Source: an uncultured delta proteobacterium
GTDB lineage: Bacteria; Desulfobacterota; Binatia; JACPRU01
Assembly: GCA_963745025.1 (NCBI GenBank)
Contig: CAVUWD010000011.1
Span: forward strand, 448,001 to 512,000
Length of the DNA: 64,000 nt
Reading direction: 5' to 3'
The notes beneath the pieces are model-generated. The model was not told the DNA's origin. It was given only the letters and a program-made list of their open reading frames with translations, and did not search any database. The translations under genes and the position numbers were made by a program. This document shows, one piece after another, positions 9,300 through 19,442 of this stretch; the stretch's first letter is position 1, and every line of letters begins with the position of its first letter.

Positions 9300-10217
9300 A
9301 TGACCGCCACGCTCGACTGGCTCGGTTGTGCGACGTTTCGCCTGACGCTCGGCGGCCGCATCGTCTATCTCGACGCCTATCTCGATCGTGTGCCGAGCGC
9401 GAAGCCGATCGGCCTGGAGGTCGCCGCGATCGACCGCGCCGACTGGATCGTGGTCGGCCACTCCCACTTCGATCACCTCTACGGAGCGGAGCGGATCGCG
9501 CGGCAGACCGGCGCGACGATCATCGGCTCCTACGAGACCGTGCGCATCATGGAGGCGCAGGGGATCCCCGACCGGCAGCTGATCGCCGTCGCGGGTGGCG
9601 AGACCGTGCGTCTCTGGGAAGACGTGACGGTGAAGGTCTTCCCGAGCCAGCATTCGTGCGTCTGGTCGCACCGCGCGATGGCGGACGTCGACCAGGTCTG
9701 CCTCGGGGATCTCGGCGTCACCTACCAGGAGCAGCAGGCGCGCCTGCGCGAGCTCTTCGGCTGGCTCGCCGCGCTCGGCGACGAGGTCCTCGATCACCTG
9801 CGGGTCTCCGGCCAAGGCGGCCGCGGCGACGGCGGCCCGCTCCTCTATCTATTCGAAACGCCCGAAGGCTCGCTCCTCTACCAAGACACGTCGGGCTGCT
9901 GGACGGCCCTGTTGCGCGATCTCCGTCCCGACGTTGCGATCCTCGCCGCCGCCGGACGCGGCAATCTCGACGGCGAGCCGATCCAGGGCTCGCTCGTCGA
10001 CTTCGTCGCCCGCGAAGTCGAGCTGCTGCGCCCGCGGCGGGTGGTGCTCAGCCACCACGACGATTGGCTCCCGGGCTTTTCCCGGGCGATCGACGTCGCA
10101 CCGATTCGCGAGGCGCTCGCGCGATCGGCGGCGACGACCGATCTCGTCGAGATGGGCTACTTGGAGGGTGTTCGGATCTTCGCCGACCTTCCGACCCGAC
10201 CACGCCCGCGCGCATGA
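9300..10217 (+). CDS. Metallo-beta-lactamase-fold hydrolase
   Basis: GHSHFDH motif, SHHD; ATGA overlap with the downstream gene. Confidence 0.85.
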   Translation: MTATLDWLGCATFRLTLGGRIVYLDAYLDRVPSAKPIGLEVAAIDRADWIVVGHSHFDHLYGAERIARQTGATIIGSYETVRIMEAQGIPDRQLIAVAGGETVRLWEDVTVKVFPSQHSCVWSHRAMADVDQVCLGDLGVTYQEQQARLRELFGWLAALGDEVLDHLRVSGQGGRGDGGPLLYLFETPEGSLLYQDTSGCWTALLRDLRPDVAILAAAGRGNLDGEPIQGSLVDFVAREVELLRPRRVVLSHHDDWLPGFSRAIDVAPIREALARSAATTDLVEMGYLEGVRIFADLPTRPRPRA

Positions 10218-12328
10218 ACCCCGGCGAGCTCCGCTCCGCATTCGTCCTGGCGAGCGAATTCAAGGAGGGCGACCTCGCGCTCGGGGGGACGAGCGACGAG
10301 CGGCTGCGCGCCGAAGCTCGTCGAGCGATCGCCGCGCTGCGCGTCGGCGAGATCGCTTCCTCGGCGTTCGTCGACGACGGCGTCAGCGAGGCGCTGGCGC
10401 GCTCGCTCGACGCGCCGCTCGCGGCCGAGCTCGCTCCGTTGACGATCGCGGAGCTGAAGCGCCTTCTGCTCGGACCCGACGGCTCACGATGGGCGGCGCG
10501 AAACCGGGGCGGGCTCGGCGCCGAGGTCATCGCCGCCGTTGCCAAGCTGATGAGCAACGAGGAGCTCGCTCGCGTCGCGTGCGCGCTATTCAATCCGCTC
10601 CCCGGCGGCGGCGTCGCCATCGGATCGGCCGGACACTTCGGCTCGCGCATCCAGCCGAACAGCCCGGGCGACGACGAGGAGGAGATCCTGCTCTCAATCC
10701 TCGAGGGACTCGCCTACGGCTGCGGCGACGTCATTCTCGGCCTCAACCCCGCGAGCGACGACGTCGACACCATCGTTCGCCTCGAGCGTCTGCTCGAGGC
10801 CGTGGTGCAGCGTCTCGCGCTGCCGACGCGGTTCTGCGTGCTCTCGGACATCGTCAAGCAGACGCGCGCACGAGCCCGGACGCGGGTCGACGTCGGCTTC
10901 CAGAGCCTCGCCGGAACGTCGAAGGCGCTCGGCGGAATGGTCGGTCTCGACGTCGACGGCCTCGCCGAGCTCGCGCGCGGCTTCCCGGGCCTGTACTTCG
11001 AGACCGGCCAGGGCTCGGAGGTGACAAACGGCGCCGCCGAAGGCGTGGACATGGTGACGCTCGAGGCACGCGCGTACGGCGTGGCGCGTGCCATCGCCAA
11101 GCGGCCGGGAGAGCGAGGTTGGACGATCGTCAACGACGTCGCCGGCTTCATCGGGCCCGAAGTCTTTCGCACCCCCGCCCAGCTCGAGCGTGCCTGCCTC
11201 GAAGACGTCGTCATGGCCAAGCTTCACGGTCTCACCATGGGGCTCGACGTGTGCTCGACCTTCCACATGGGCATCGAGCCGCAAGAGCTCCGCCACCTGA
11301 CCGAGACGATCACGGTGCGCGGCGCGCCCGCGTACCTCATGGCCGTGGCGGGAAACGCCGATCCGATGCTCGGCTACCTGACGACCTCGTTTCGCGAGCA
11401 TCCGCGCCTGCGCCGGCGGACGGGCCAGCGGCTGGCGACCGCGATGGAGGAGCGCCTGACCGCGCTCGGCGCAATCGAAGCTCCGGGGAACGGGCCAGCG
11501 AGTGTCGAGCGGACCGCGCGCCTGTACGCCGCCTTTGCGAAGGCCGGAGGCGAGACCCGCTCGTCGGAGGCTCTGTGCGGCGAGGCCAAGCGCAAGATCG
11601 ACGCCCTTCGCAGCCGGGGCTTCGATCTCGGCTACGGACACGGCCCCGATTTCAGCGATCCTCCCGAGGTCCGCGCACGCATCGCCGCGCTCTACGCGCA
11701 CGCGCGGCGAGCGCTCTACGCGAAGCTCGACGACGACGCCATCGCCGATGCCGCCGCGCAACCCTTGCGCGTGCGAACGCTCGCCCGCGATCGCGACGAC
11801 TATCTCGCCCATCCGCCGTCCGGGGAGCGCATTCGCGACGAGGACGTCGCGAGGGTCGCGGGGCTTTATCCGACGCGACGTCCGGAGATTCAGATCGTCA
11901 TCGCGGATGGTCTCAACGCCGACGCGGTCAACGAGAACCTTCGCGAGGTGCTCCGGCCGATCCGACGCGGCCTTCAGGAGACCGGGCGGCATGTCGGCGC
12001 CCGCGAAGTCGTCGTCGACGACGGTCGGGTGCGCGCCGGCTACCACGTCGGCGCTCTTCTCGACGTCGATGTGGTGGTGCACCTGATCGGCGAACGGCCC
12101 GGGACGGGCCTCAATACGCTCTCCGCGTATCTCACCTACGGTCGCGACCCGCACGGACGATCGCGATGGAGCCCCGATCTCGACCACGCGGCGACGACGG
12201 CAATCTGCGGCATTCATCGGCGCGGCAAGCTTCCGCAAGCCGCCGCGGAAGAGATCGTTCGCTGCGTGGTGCGCATGCTCGCGGAGCGCTGCTCGGGCGT
12301 CGCGCTCGGCGCCACGCCGCGCGGCTGA
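10214..12328 (+). CDS. eutBC: Ethanolamine ammonia-lyase, fused large (EutB) and small (EutC) subunits
   Basis: EutB motifs SRIQPN, GDVILGLNPA, YFETGQGS, NDVAGFIGPE, KLHGLTMGLD, DPMLGY, then EutC motifs RDDYLAHP..G, QIVIADGL, GRV, LIGERPG..LSAYLTY, in one frame. Confidence 0.88.
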   Translation: MNPGELRSAFVLASEFKEGDLALGGTSDERLRAEARRAIAALRVGEIASSAFVDDGVSEALARSLDAPLAAELAPLTIAELKRLLLGPDGSRWAARNRGGLGAEVIAAVAKLMSNEELARVACALFNPLPGGGVAIGSAGHFGSRIQPNSPGDDEEEILLSILEGLAYGCGDVILGLNPASDDVDTIVRLERLLEAVVQRLALPTRFCVLSDIVKQTRARARTRVDVGFQSLAGTSKALGGMVGLDVDGLAELARGFPGLYFETGQGSEVTNGAAEGVDMVTLEARAYGVARAIAKRPGERGWTIVNDVAGFIGPEVFRTPAQLERACLEDVVMAKLHGLTMGLDVCSTFHMGIEPQELRHLTETITVRGAPAYLMAVAGNADPMLGYLTTSFREHPRLRRRTGQRLATAMEERLTALGAIEAPGNGPASVERTARLYAAFAKAGGETRSSEALCGEAKRKIDALRSRGFDLGYGHGPDFSDPPEVRARIAALYAHARRALYAKLDDDAIADAAAQPLRVRTLARDRDDYLAHPPSGERIRDEDVARVAGLYPTRRPEIQIVIADGLNADAVNENLREVLRPIRRGLQETGRHVGAREVVVDDGRVRAGYHVGALLDVDVVVHLIGERPGTGLNTLSAYLTYGRDPHGRSRWSPDLDHAATTAICGIHRRGKLPQAAAEEIVRCVVRMLAERCSGVALGATPRG

Positions 12329-12345
12329 GAAGAGGGAGCCTGGTC

Positions 12346-12504
12346 GTAAGGCCTCAGTTTTTGCAGGAATTCAACAAAGCCGTCGCAGAATGATCAGCGC
12401 GTGTCTTTGTGTTCGAGCCGTACTCGGATCGAACACAAACACACGCGTTCCTCCTTGTTCCGCACATTGCGGTAGCCATCCTCCGGCAGAAACTGTGGCC
12501 TTAC
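12346..12504. repeat. Palindromic element copy 1 (terminal inverted repeats plus one ~48-nt hairpin)
   Basis: GTAAGGCCTCAGTTTTTGC ... GCAGAAACTGTGGCCTTAC; hairpin 12398-12447 with CCG-TACT-CGG apex. Confidence 0.8.
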
Positions 12505-12522
12505 ACCCGGTCCCTTTTCCTC

Positions 12523-14514
12523 CTACAGCGGCGCCGGAGGTCCACTGAGCGGCGAGAAGAAGCGCCGGTCCGCCTCCGCGCGCGCCGCGAGGTGCTGACG
12601 CAGGCGCTTGCAGATCTCGGGATGGTCGGCCGCCCGGTTCGCTTGCTCGTTCGGGTCCGTTCGCAAGTCGTAAAGCTCCTCGCTCCCGTTCGTCGCGTCG
12701 AGGATGTACTTCCAGCCCTCCTCGCGCACGCCCATTTGATAGTCGTCGTTGGCGACGAAGAAGTACGCGCGCGGGCGACGTGCCGGATCGAACAAGCTTC
12801 GCCCCTGCCACGATCCCGCCGGCGGCACGCCGAGCACGTCGGTGATCGTCTGGTTGATGTCGACGTGGCTGCCGATGATCGGCGAGCGACCGCCGTGCGG
12901 GAACAGGCGCGGGCTCCAGAGGATCATCGGCACGTGCACGTTCTCCTCGTAGAGCGCCGTGCCGTGTCCATACCCTTCGTGCGGTTCCCCGAACGCCTCG
13001 CCGTGATCACCGACGATCACCACCAGCGTGTCGCGGTCGAGCCCGCGCTGGCGCAGCGTCAGAAACAGCCGGCCGAGCTGTCGGTCGGTCTCGGCGAGCA
13101 CGTTCAGATAGCGGCCCAAGTCGTAGTCGTCCGTCGGCCGCTTGTCACCGAAGAAATCCGTCAACGGCCGGCCCGGTGTCGGCTCGTAGGGGTGATGGGT
13201 CTGCACCGTCCAACCCATGAGGAAGAACGGCTTCGCGCCGTCTTCCCCGATCCAGCGCAGCATGCCGTCGATCATGCAGCGATCCTCGACCCCCCACGAC
13301 GAGAGCGGCTCGGTGCAGTCGAGATCGCTTCCCTGTCGAATCGTTTCGAAACCTCGGTCCGCCAGGAAGCCCCTCCAGTTCGCCCAGCTGAGATCGCTCG
13401 AGGTGACGAAGCCGGTGCGGTAGCCGCGCTCTTTGAGGACGTCGGCGAGCGAGGTGCCGGGCAGCTGGGGAAAATCCGTGGTCACGTCGCGCCAGCTCAT
13501 GTGTGGCTGGACCGAAAGCAGCAGCGCGGCGAGCGCATCCGAGGAGCGCCCCGCCGGGGAATAGAAATTGCCGAACACCAGCGCGTGCTGCGCTTCGTCG
13601 GTGAGGGTCGGCGTCGCCTTGTAAGGGCTGCCATAGAGCTCCAGCCAGCGTGCCGACACCGACTCCATGACGAGCAGGATCACGTTACGTACCCGGCCGT
13701 GCCGGAAGGGAAGGCCCGTCTTGAGGCTCGCCTTCTTCAGCAAGCCGGTCTTCGTGGAGGCGGCGCCGCGCTCGGCGGCGGTCAGAAAATCGTCCCGATC
13801 CGGCTCGAGCACGGGATCGGCGAACGCCGTCGGCGCTTCACCGATCGCCGCCTTGAGCGCGGAAGCGAGAAAGGTCGTGTGCGCGTTCTCGGCGACGCGC
13901 CGGTCGATGCGGTGATTCCAGCCGCGGAAAAACTCGCGGCGACCACCCGTGCTCCACGCAACGGCCAAGACGAGAAGCGTCACGCGAAGGATTCGCCCTG
14001 ACAGCGGCGAGACCGCGCTCGTCAGAGCGTGCGAGAGCGCGGCGAGCTGCGTGACGGCAACGAGACTGGCAAGCGCGGTGAACAGCAGAGAGAACGTCAA
14101 GAACGGTGCGATCGAGGTCACGAAGCTCTTCAGCGCGCTGGAGAGGCAGAGCAGCGGGTAGGTCAGCGGAGTCAGGAAGAAGCCGAACACCACGAGATTG
14201 ACCACGCCAAAGACCGCGCTCAGCAGGTAGATCATGCAAAAGAAGGCATGCCCCGCGAGACGAAGACGCGGCGTGCGCCGAAACACGAGCACGAGTCGAT
14301 GGAGGACGCCTACGGTGCCCGCGTAGCAAACGTCACTATAGGAGATCGCCGCCAACCCGCTAACGAAGGAGGCCAAATCACCCGGCCGATCCGCGGCAAG
14401 CCATTGGAGATAGAACGCTTTGGTTGCGACCAGGACGATCGCCAGCCAGAACGCGGGCCAAAACGCCGTCAGGTTTTCGGTTGGATTTTTGCCGCGGTGA
14501 AATGCGTAAAGCAT
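12523..14514 (-). CDS. Membrane-anchored sulfatase/LTA-synthase-like alkaline phosphatase superfamily protein
   Basis: About 5 N-terminal TM segments; NVILLVMES, THHPY, GDHGE, HVP, LYDLRTDPNE; no CxPxR motif. Confidence 0.8.
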   Translation of the reverse strand: MLYAFHRGKNPTENLTAFWPAFWLAIVLVATKAFYLQWLAADRPGDLASFVSGLAAISYSDVCYAGTVGVLHRLVLVFRRTPRLRLAGHAFFCMIYLLSAVFGVVNLVVFGFFLTPLTYPLLCLSSALKSFVTSIAPFLTFSLLFTALASLVAVTQLAALSHALTSAVSPLSGRILRVTLLVLAVAWSTGGRREFFRGWNHRIDRRVAENAHTTFLASALKAAIGEAPTAFADPVLEPDRDDFLTAAERGAASTKTGLLKKASLKTGLPFRHGRVRNVILLVMESVSARWLELYGSPYKATPTLTDEAQHALVFGNFYSPAGRSSDALAALLLSVQPHMSWRDVTTDFPQLPGTSLADVLKERGYRTGFVTSSDLSWANWRGFLADRGFETIRQGSDLDCTEPLSSWGVEDRCMIDGMLRWIGEDGAKPFFLMGWTVQTHHPYEPTPGRPLTDFFGDKRPTDDYDLGRYLNVLAETDRQLGRLFLTLRQRGLDRDTLVVIVGDHGEAFGEPHEGYGHGTALYEENVHVPMILWSPRLFPHGGRSPIIGSHVDINQTITDVLGVPPAGSWQGRSLFDPARRPRAYFFVANDDYQMGVREEGWKYILDATNGSEELYDLRTDPNEQANRAADHPEICKRLRQHLAARAEADRRFFSPLSGPPAPL

Positions 14515-14713
14515 CCGTGCTTTCCGGCTGTCGGCAGCGTCTGCGCCGCGCAGCCTCGCATTCACTCTAACACGCGAGCCCGCGCGATGGCCGGGCGCGA
14601 CGGTCCGCGGGAACGTTCTGAAAATGCTCGACAAAGCAAGGACGCGAAGGCGAGACGCCGCTCTTGGCAGAAGGGGCGCGAACGCCTAGGCTCCGCCGCA
14701 GGGCGCGCCCAGC

Positions 14714-15964
14714 ATGACGGACCTCTCTGACATCGTACGCGCCGAGTTCTACGCGAAGAACGGCTATCCTCACGAGGCCTGGGAACGTCTCCGCCGCGAT
14801 TCCCCGGTCCACCGCTTCGAGTTGGATGGATACGATCCATTCTGGGCGATCACCTGTTACAGGGACATTGCCCGCGTGTCACGCCAACCCCGTCTTTTTC
14901 GCAACGAGCCACGTCTGGTCTTTTCGTCGAAGCGGTTCCCCGTGCGGCGCCCGGAAGAAGTGGCGCGGTCGCTGCTCAACATGGATCCCCCCGAGCACGG
15001 CAAGTACCGCGGGCTCGTCAATCGACGCTTCACACCGCACGCACTGTCGTTCCTCCGCCGGCACGTCGAGGATCTCTCCGCGAAGATCGTCGAGGATGCC
15101 GCTCGGGGATTGATCGACGGCATCGTCGAGGTCGGCGAATCCGATTTCGTCGCCGAGGTCGCCGCGCGACTGCCGCTCGCCGTGATCCTCGAACTTCTCG
15201 GCGTGCCGCGCAGCGACTGGGAGACGGTCTTCGACTGGACGAACCAGGCGATCGCGCCGGGCGAGCCGGAATATCGCCGCGGCAGCACGGTACTCGAGAC
15301 CGCCGAGCGCGCCCGCCTGGCCCTCTTCGATTACTTCGGCCGCTACGTGGCCGAGCGACGGCGTGAGCCTCGCGAGGACCTGGTCAGCGTGCTCGCGACC
15401 AGCCGGATCGAGGGCGAGCCGGTCAGCGACTTCGAGATCCTTTCCTACTGCTTCCTGCTTGCCGTTGCGGGCAACGAGACCACGCGGAACGCGACGTCCG
15501 GCGGCGTACTGGCGCTGATCGAGCATCCCGGCGAGCTCCGGCGCCTGCGCGAGGATCCGGGACGATTGCCCTCTGCAGTCGAAGAGGTCCTGCGCTGGAC
15601 GTCGCCCGTCATCCACTTCTGCCGTACCGCCTGCGAAGACACGGAGCTCCGCGGCCAAACGATCCGCAAGGGAGATCTGTTGATCCTCTTCTATCCGTCG
15701 GCCAATCGCGACGAGGAGGTGTTCCCCGAGCCCTTCCGCTTCGACGTCGGACGCTCGCCGAACGAGCATCTCGCGTTCGGCATCGGCGAGCACTTCTGCC
15801 TGGGCGCGAATCTCGCGCGGCTCGAGCTCCACGCGATCCTCGGGGAAGTCGTCCGTCGGCTCGACGCGCTCGAGCTCGCCGGCCCCCTGGAGCGTGTGCG
15901 GTCGAGCTTCGTCGGCGGCATCAAGCGCATGCCGGTACGCTTCCGTATGCGCCCCGCAATTTGA
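14714..15964 (+). CDS. Cytochrome P450
   Basis: MDPPEH, AGNETT, EEVLR, FGIGEHFCLG heme motif. Confidence 0.95.
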   Translation: MTDLSDIVRAEFYAKNGYPHEAWERLRRDSPVHRFELDGYDPFWAITCYRDIARVSRQPRLFRNEPRLVFSSKRFPVRRPEEVARSLLNMDPPEHGKYRGLVNRRFTPHALSFLRRHVEDLSAKIVEDAARGLIDGIVEVGESDFVAEVAARLPLAVILELLGVPRSDWETVFDWTNQAIAPGEPEYRRGSTVLETAERARLALFDYFGRYVAERRREPREDLVSVLATSRIEGEPVSDFEILSYCFLLAVAGNETTRNATSGGVLALIEHPGELRRLREDPGRLPSAVEEVLRWTSPVIHFCRTACEDTELRGQTIRKGDLLILFYPSANRDEEVFPEPFRFDVGRSPNEHLAFGIGEHFCLGANLARLELHAILGEVVRRLDALELAGPLERVRSSFVGGIKRMPVRFRMRPAI

Positions 15965-15998
15965 TATTCGGTCGCCCGGGGAGATATTCCCCGATTCG

Positions 15999-17144
15999 AT
16001 GGCAGGCAAGCGGGTCAATGTAAGCGAACTCTTTTCCGCGACGCAGGCGCGCGGTAAGCAAGCACGCGAGCGCGCCCGCGCCGTCGAGAAGCTCAGCCTA
16101 TCCGAAGAGCGCTTCTTCCAGGTCTTTCAGGCAAGCCCGGTCGCGATTATCCTCCGCACCCTGGACGAGGGGCGGGTCATCGATGTCAACGCCCGCTACG
16201 CGGAGCTGGTCGGCTTCGAGCGCGAAGAGCTCGTGGGTCATACCGTCGACGAGATGGGCTTGTGGGTCGACCGGAACGAAGGCGAGCACGTTCTCGCGCG
16301 GCTCCGGCGCGAAGGGACGTTGCGCAACGTCGAGGGTCGGTTTCGTCACAAATCGGGAGAGATCCGTGACGTGCTGATCTGGGGCGAGCTGACCGAGATC
16401 GACGGCGAGGCGGTCGTCATCGGCTTGATCATCGACATCACCGAGCGCAAGTCGATGGAGACGGAACTGATGCGCTCACGAGAGCAGCTCCGGTTGCTGA
16501 GCGCGCGCCTGCAGCAGATCCGCGAGGAGGAGAGGATCCGCATCGCTCGTGAGCTCCACGACGAGCTCGGGGGCTTCTTGACCGTGCTGAATCTCGACCT
16601 CTCGTCGCTCGGCAAGGAGCCGACGACCCAGTCGCCCTCCTTTCGCCAGAAGCTCGACGCCATGTCGAAGACGATGGTCGCGGCGATCGGCTCGGTGCGA
16701 AGGATCTGTAGCGACCTTCGCCCGAGCGTCCTCGACCACATCGGACTCACCGCGGCGATCGAGTGGCAGGTGCAGGAGTGGCAGGAAAAGACCGGCGTTC
16801 GCTGCTCGATGTCCGCGATGATCGACGACGAAAGCCTCGATGCCGGACGCGCGACGGCGGCATTCCGCGTGCTGCAGGAATCGCTCACCAACGTGGCCCG
16901 CCACGCGCAGGCCACCAGCGTCCGCGTGCGGCTGTGGACCGAGGGAGCGCAGCTGCGTCTGGAGGTCCGCGACAACGGCCGCGGGATCGCGGAAACGACG
17001 ATCGGCGAGCCCACGTCGCTCGGTCTGCTCGGCATGAAGGAACGAGTGCTCTCGTTCGGCGGCACCGTGGACGTGCACGGCGCCGCGGGCGAAGGGACCA
17101 CGGTGGACGTGTCCATTCCGCTCGAGGAAGCCGCGACGTCGTGA
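15999..17144 (+). CDS. PAS-domain sensor histidine kinase (HisKA_3/NarX-UhpB class), soluble
   Basis: EERIRIARELHDELG, QESLTNVARHA, DNGRG, GLLGMKER. Confidence 0.9.
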   Translation: MAGKRVNVSELFSATQARGKQARERARAVEKLSLSEERFFQVFQASPVAIILRTLDEGRVIDVNARYAELVGFEREELVGHTVDEMGLWVDRNEGEHVLARLRREGTLRNVEGRFRHKSGEIRDVLIWGELTEIDGEAVVIGLIIDITERKSMETELMRSREQLRLLSARLQQIREEERIRIARELHDELGGFLTVLNLDLSSLGKEPTTQSPSFRQKLDAMSKTMVAAIGSVRRICSDLRPSVLDHIGLTAAIEWQVQEWQEKTGVRCSMSAMIDDESLDAGRATAAFRVLQESLTNVARHAQATSVRVRLWTEGAQLRLEVRDNGRGIAETTIGEPTSLGLLGMKERVLSFGGTVDVHGAAGEGTTVDVSIPLEEAATS

Positions 17145-18676
17145 GCGGGGAAGCACCCGCGGCGGGTGGTCTCTACGAGCTCTGTCGTTCGCGGTTCCCG
17201 CGCGATCTGGATACCACCGTTCTCGAGCTCGAGGACGGCCGCGCGTACCGCTATCGCGACCTCGAGCGCACGTCGGCGCGCTACGCGCGTCTGTTCGCCG
17301 AGCGCGGCGTCCGCAAGGGCGACCGCGTCGCGGTCCAGGTGGACAAGTCGCCGGAAGCGGTCTTCGTGTATCTGGCCTCGCTCCGCGCCGGCGCGATCTA
17401 CTTGCCGCTCAACCCCGCCTACACGCCGGCCGAGTTCGCCTATTTTCTCGCCGACGCCGAGCCGCGCGTCATCGTCTGCCGCCCGGAATCCGAATCGGCG
17501 GTCCGCGAGACCGTTCGCGCTCTGCCCACGCCTCACGTCCTCACCCTGGGTACCGACGGCGACGGCTCGCTGATCGCAGAGAGCGCTCGTCTCGCCGGCG
17601 ACTTCCGATCACCCCCGTTGGCGGCCGAGGATCTCGCCGCGATCCTCTATACGTCGGGCACGACCGGGCGCTCGAAGGGGGCCATGCTCAGCCACGGGAA
17701 CCTCGCGTCGAACGCTCTCGCGCTCTTCGCGCTCTGGGATTTCCAACGAGAGGACGTGCTTCTCCACGCGCTGCCGATCTTTCACGCGCACGGCCTCTTC
17801 GTCGCGATTCACACCACGCTGCTCGCGGGCGCACGCATGCTCTTCCTGCCGCGCTTCGAAGTCGACACCGTGATCCGCTTGCTGCCGCGAGCGACGGTCC
17901 TCATGGGCGTGCCGACCTTCTACACGCGACTCCTCTCTCATCCCGAGCTCACGCCGGAGCGTTGCGCGAGGATGCGCCTCTTCATTTCCGGCTCCGCCCC
18001 TCTGCTCGCGGAGACCCATCGGCGCTTTCGCGAACGAACCGGACACGCGATCCTCGAGCGCTACGGCATGACCGAGACCCTCATGAACACCTCGAATCCG
18101 CTCCACGGCGAGCGGCTGCCCGGGTCGGTCGGGCGTCCGCTCCCGGGCGTCGAGATCCGAGTCGCCGACGCGGAAGGACACGTTCTCGGAGCGGGGGAAA
18201 TCGGCGTTCTCGAGGTGCGCGGTCCGAACGTCTTCTCCGGCTACTGGCGCATGCCGGAAAAGACCCAAGCCGACTTCCGCGCCGATGGATTCTTCGTCAC
18301 CGGCGACGTCGGCCGGATCGACGAGCGCGGCTACGTGCACATCGTCGGCCGGGCGAAGGAGCTGATCATATCCGGCGGGCTCAACGTCTACCCGAAGGAG
18401 ATCGAAGGCGTCATCGGGCGCATCGACGGCGTCATCGAGTCGGCCGTGGTGGGCGTTCCCCACCCCGACTTCGGGGAGGCCGTGATCGCCGTCGTCAAAC
18501 GCGACGCCGGCCGCGACGACGTGACGGAGGATGCCGTGCTTCGCGCCGCGAGAACGGAGCTCGCGGCGTACAAGGCTCCGAAGCGGATCTTCTTCGCCGA
18601 GGAGCTCCCGCGCAACGCGATGGGCAAGGTGCAGAAGAACCTTCTTCAGGAGCGGTACCAGCGGACCTTCGGGTAA
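17141..18676 (+). CDS. matB: Malonyl-CoA synthetase MatB-like acyl-CoA ligase
   Basis: YTSGTTGRSKGAMLSH, LPIFHAHGLF, ERYGMTET, PRNAMGKVQK. Confidence 0.85.
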   Translation: MSGEAPAAGGLYELCRSRFPRDLDTTVLELEDGRAYRYRDLERTSARYARLFAERGVRKGDRVAVQVDKSPEAVFVYLASLRAGAIYLPLNPAYTPAEFAYFLADAEPRVIVCRPESESAVRETVRALPTPHVLTLGTDGDGSLIAESARLAGDFRSPPLAAEDLAAILYTSGTTGRSKGAMLSHGNLASNALALFALWDFQREDVLLHALPIFHAHGLFVAIHTTLLAGARMLFLPRFEVDTVIRLLPRATVLMGVPTFYTRLLSHPELTPERCARMRLFISGSAPLLAETHRRFRERTGHAILERYGMTETLMNTSNPLHGERLPGSVGRPLPGVEIRVADAEGHVLGAGEIGVLEVRGPNVFSGYWRMPEKTQADFRADGFFVTGDVGRIDERGYVHIVGRAKELIISGGLNVYPKEIEGVIGRIDGVIESAVVGVPHPDFGEAVIAVVKRDAGRDDVTEDAVLRAARTELAAYKAPKRIFFAEELPRNAMGKVQKNLLQERYQRTFG

Positions 18677-18804
18677 GCCTTCGGTCTGCAACGATCGCTG
18701 CGAAGCCTGAGGAGCGCTGGAGTTTCCGGTCGGGCCGAGTACGTCCCGACCGGAAACTCCAGCGTTTTTCCGAGTTCGTAGCAATCGTGAGGTTGCCTCT
18801 GACG
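18677..18804. repeat. Palindromic element copy 2 (single hairpin, degenerate ends)
   Basis: GCTGGAGTTTCCGGTCGGGCCG-AGTA-CGTCCCGACCGGAAACTCCAGC at 18716-18763; flanked by TAA on both sides. Confidence 0.75.
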
Positions 18805-18833
18805 TAATCCGCAGCGAGCGGAGGACCTAGCCG

Positions 18834-19442
18834 TCAGTGCGCGGGCGCTTCGCCCCAGACCGCCTCGAGGCGCTGGTCGCGGCCGCAGCCGCGCCGGTAG
18901 AAGCGGTAGCGGATCGGGTTCTTCCGGTAGTAGCTCTGATGGTAGTCCTCGGCCCGGTAGAACTGCGTAGCCGGAACGATCTGCGTGACGATCGGGCCCG
19001 GTACCCGCAACGCTTTGGCGACATCCCTCTTCGATTCCTCGGCCAGCCGCCTCTGTTCTTCGTCGTGGTAGAAGATCGCCGAGCGGTACTGATCGCCGCG
19101 GTCGCAAAACTGTCCGTCGGCGTCGGTGGCATCGACGTTTCGCCAAAAGACCTTCAGCAGGTCTGAATAGCTCACCTTCTTCGGGTCGTAGACGACCTCG
19201 ATCGACTCGGCGTGACCGGTCGTACCGGAGCCCACCTCGTCATAGCTGGGATCCTTGGTGTGGCCGCCCGTGTAGCCGACGGTGGTCGACAACACACCCG
19301 CCACGTTGTCGAAGGCCGGCTGCATGCACCAGAAGCAGCCTCCCGCGAACGTCGCCGTCGCCTCTTCGCCGCGAGCGCTGACGGCGCCGCCGAAGAGCAC
19401 CGCCGCGAGCGCGAGGAGCGAGAGCGGAGCGGCTCGGCTCAC
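18834..19442 (-). CDS. msrA: Exported peptide methionine (S)-sulfoxide reductase
   Basis: Signal peptide LSLLALAAVLFGGAVSA; FAGGCFWC, GQFCDRGDQYRS, AEDYHQSYY. Confidence 0.92.
   Translation of the reverse strand: MSRAAPLSLLALAAVLFGGAVSARGEEATATFAGGCFWCMQPAFDNVAGVLSTTVGYTGGHTKDPSYDEVGSGTTGHAESIEVVYDPKKVSYSDLLKVFWRNVDATDADGQFCDRGDQYRSAIFYHDEEQRRLAEESKRDVAKALRVPGPIVTQIVPATQFYRAEDYHQSYYRKNPIRYRFYRRGCGRDQRLEAVWGEAPAH

Noticed and set aside
9934-12393. Long alternative-frame and antisense ORFs (also 577-2079, 36813-39371, 37930-40041, 45800-47965)
   Set aside because: They are Arg/Ala/Pro-rich shadows of real GC-rich genes and contain no recognisable motifs.
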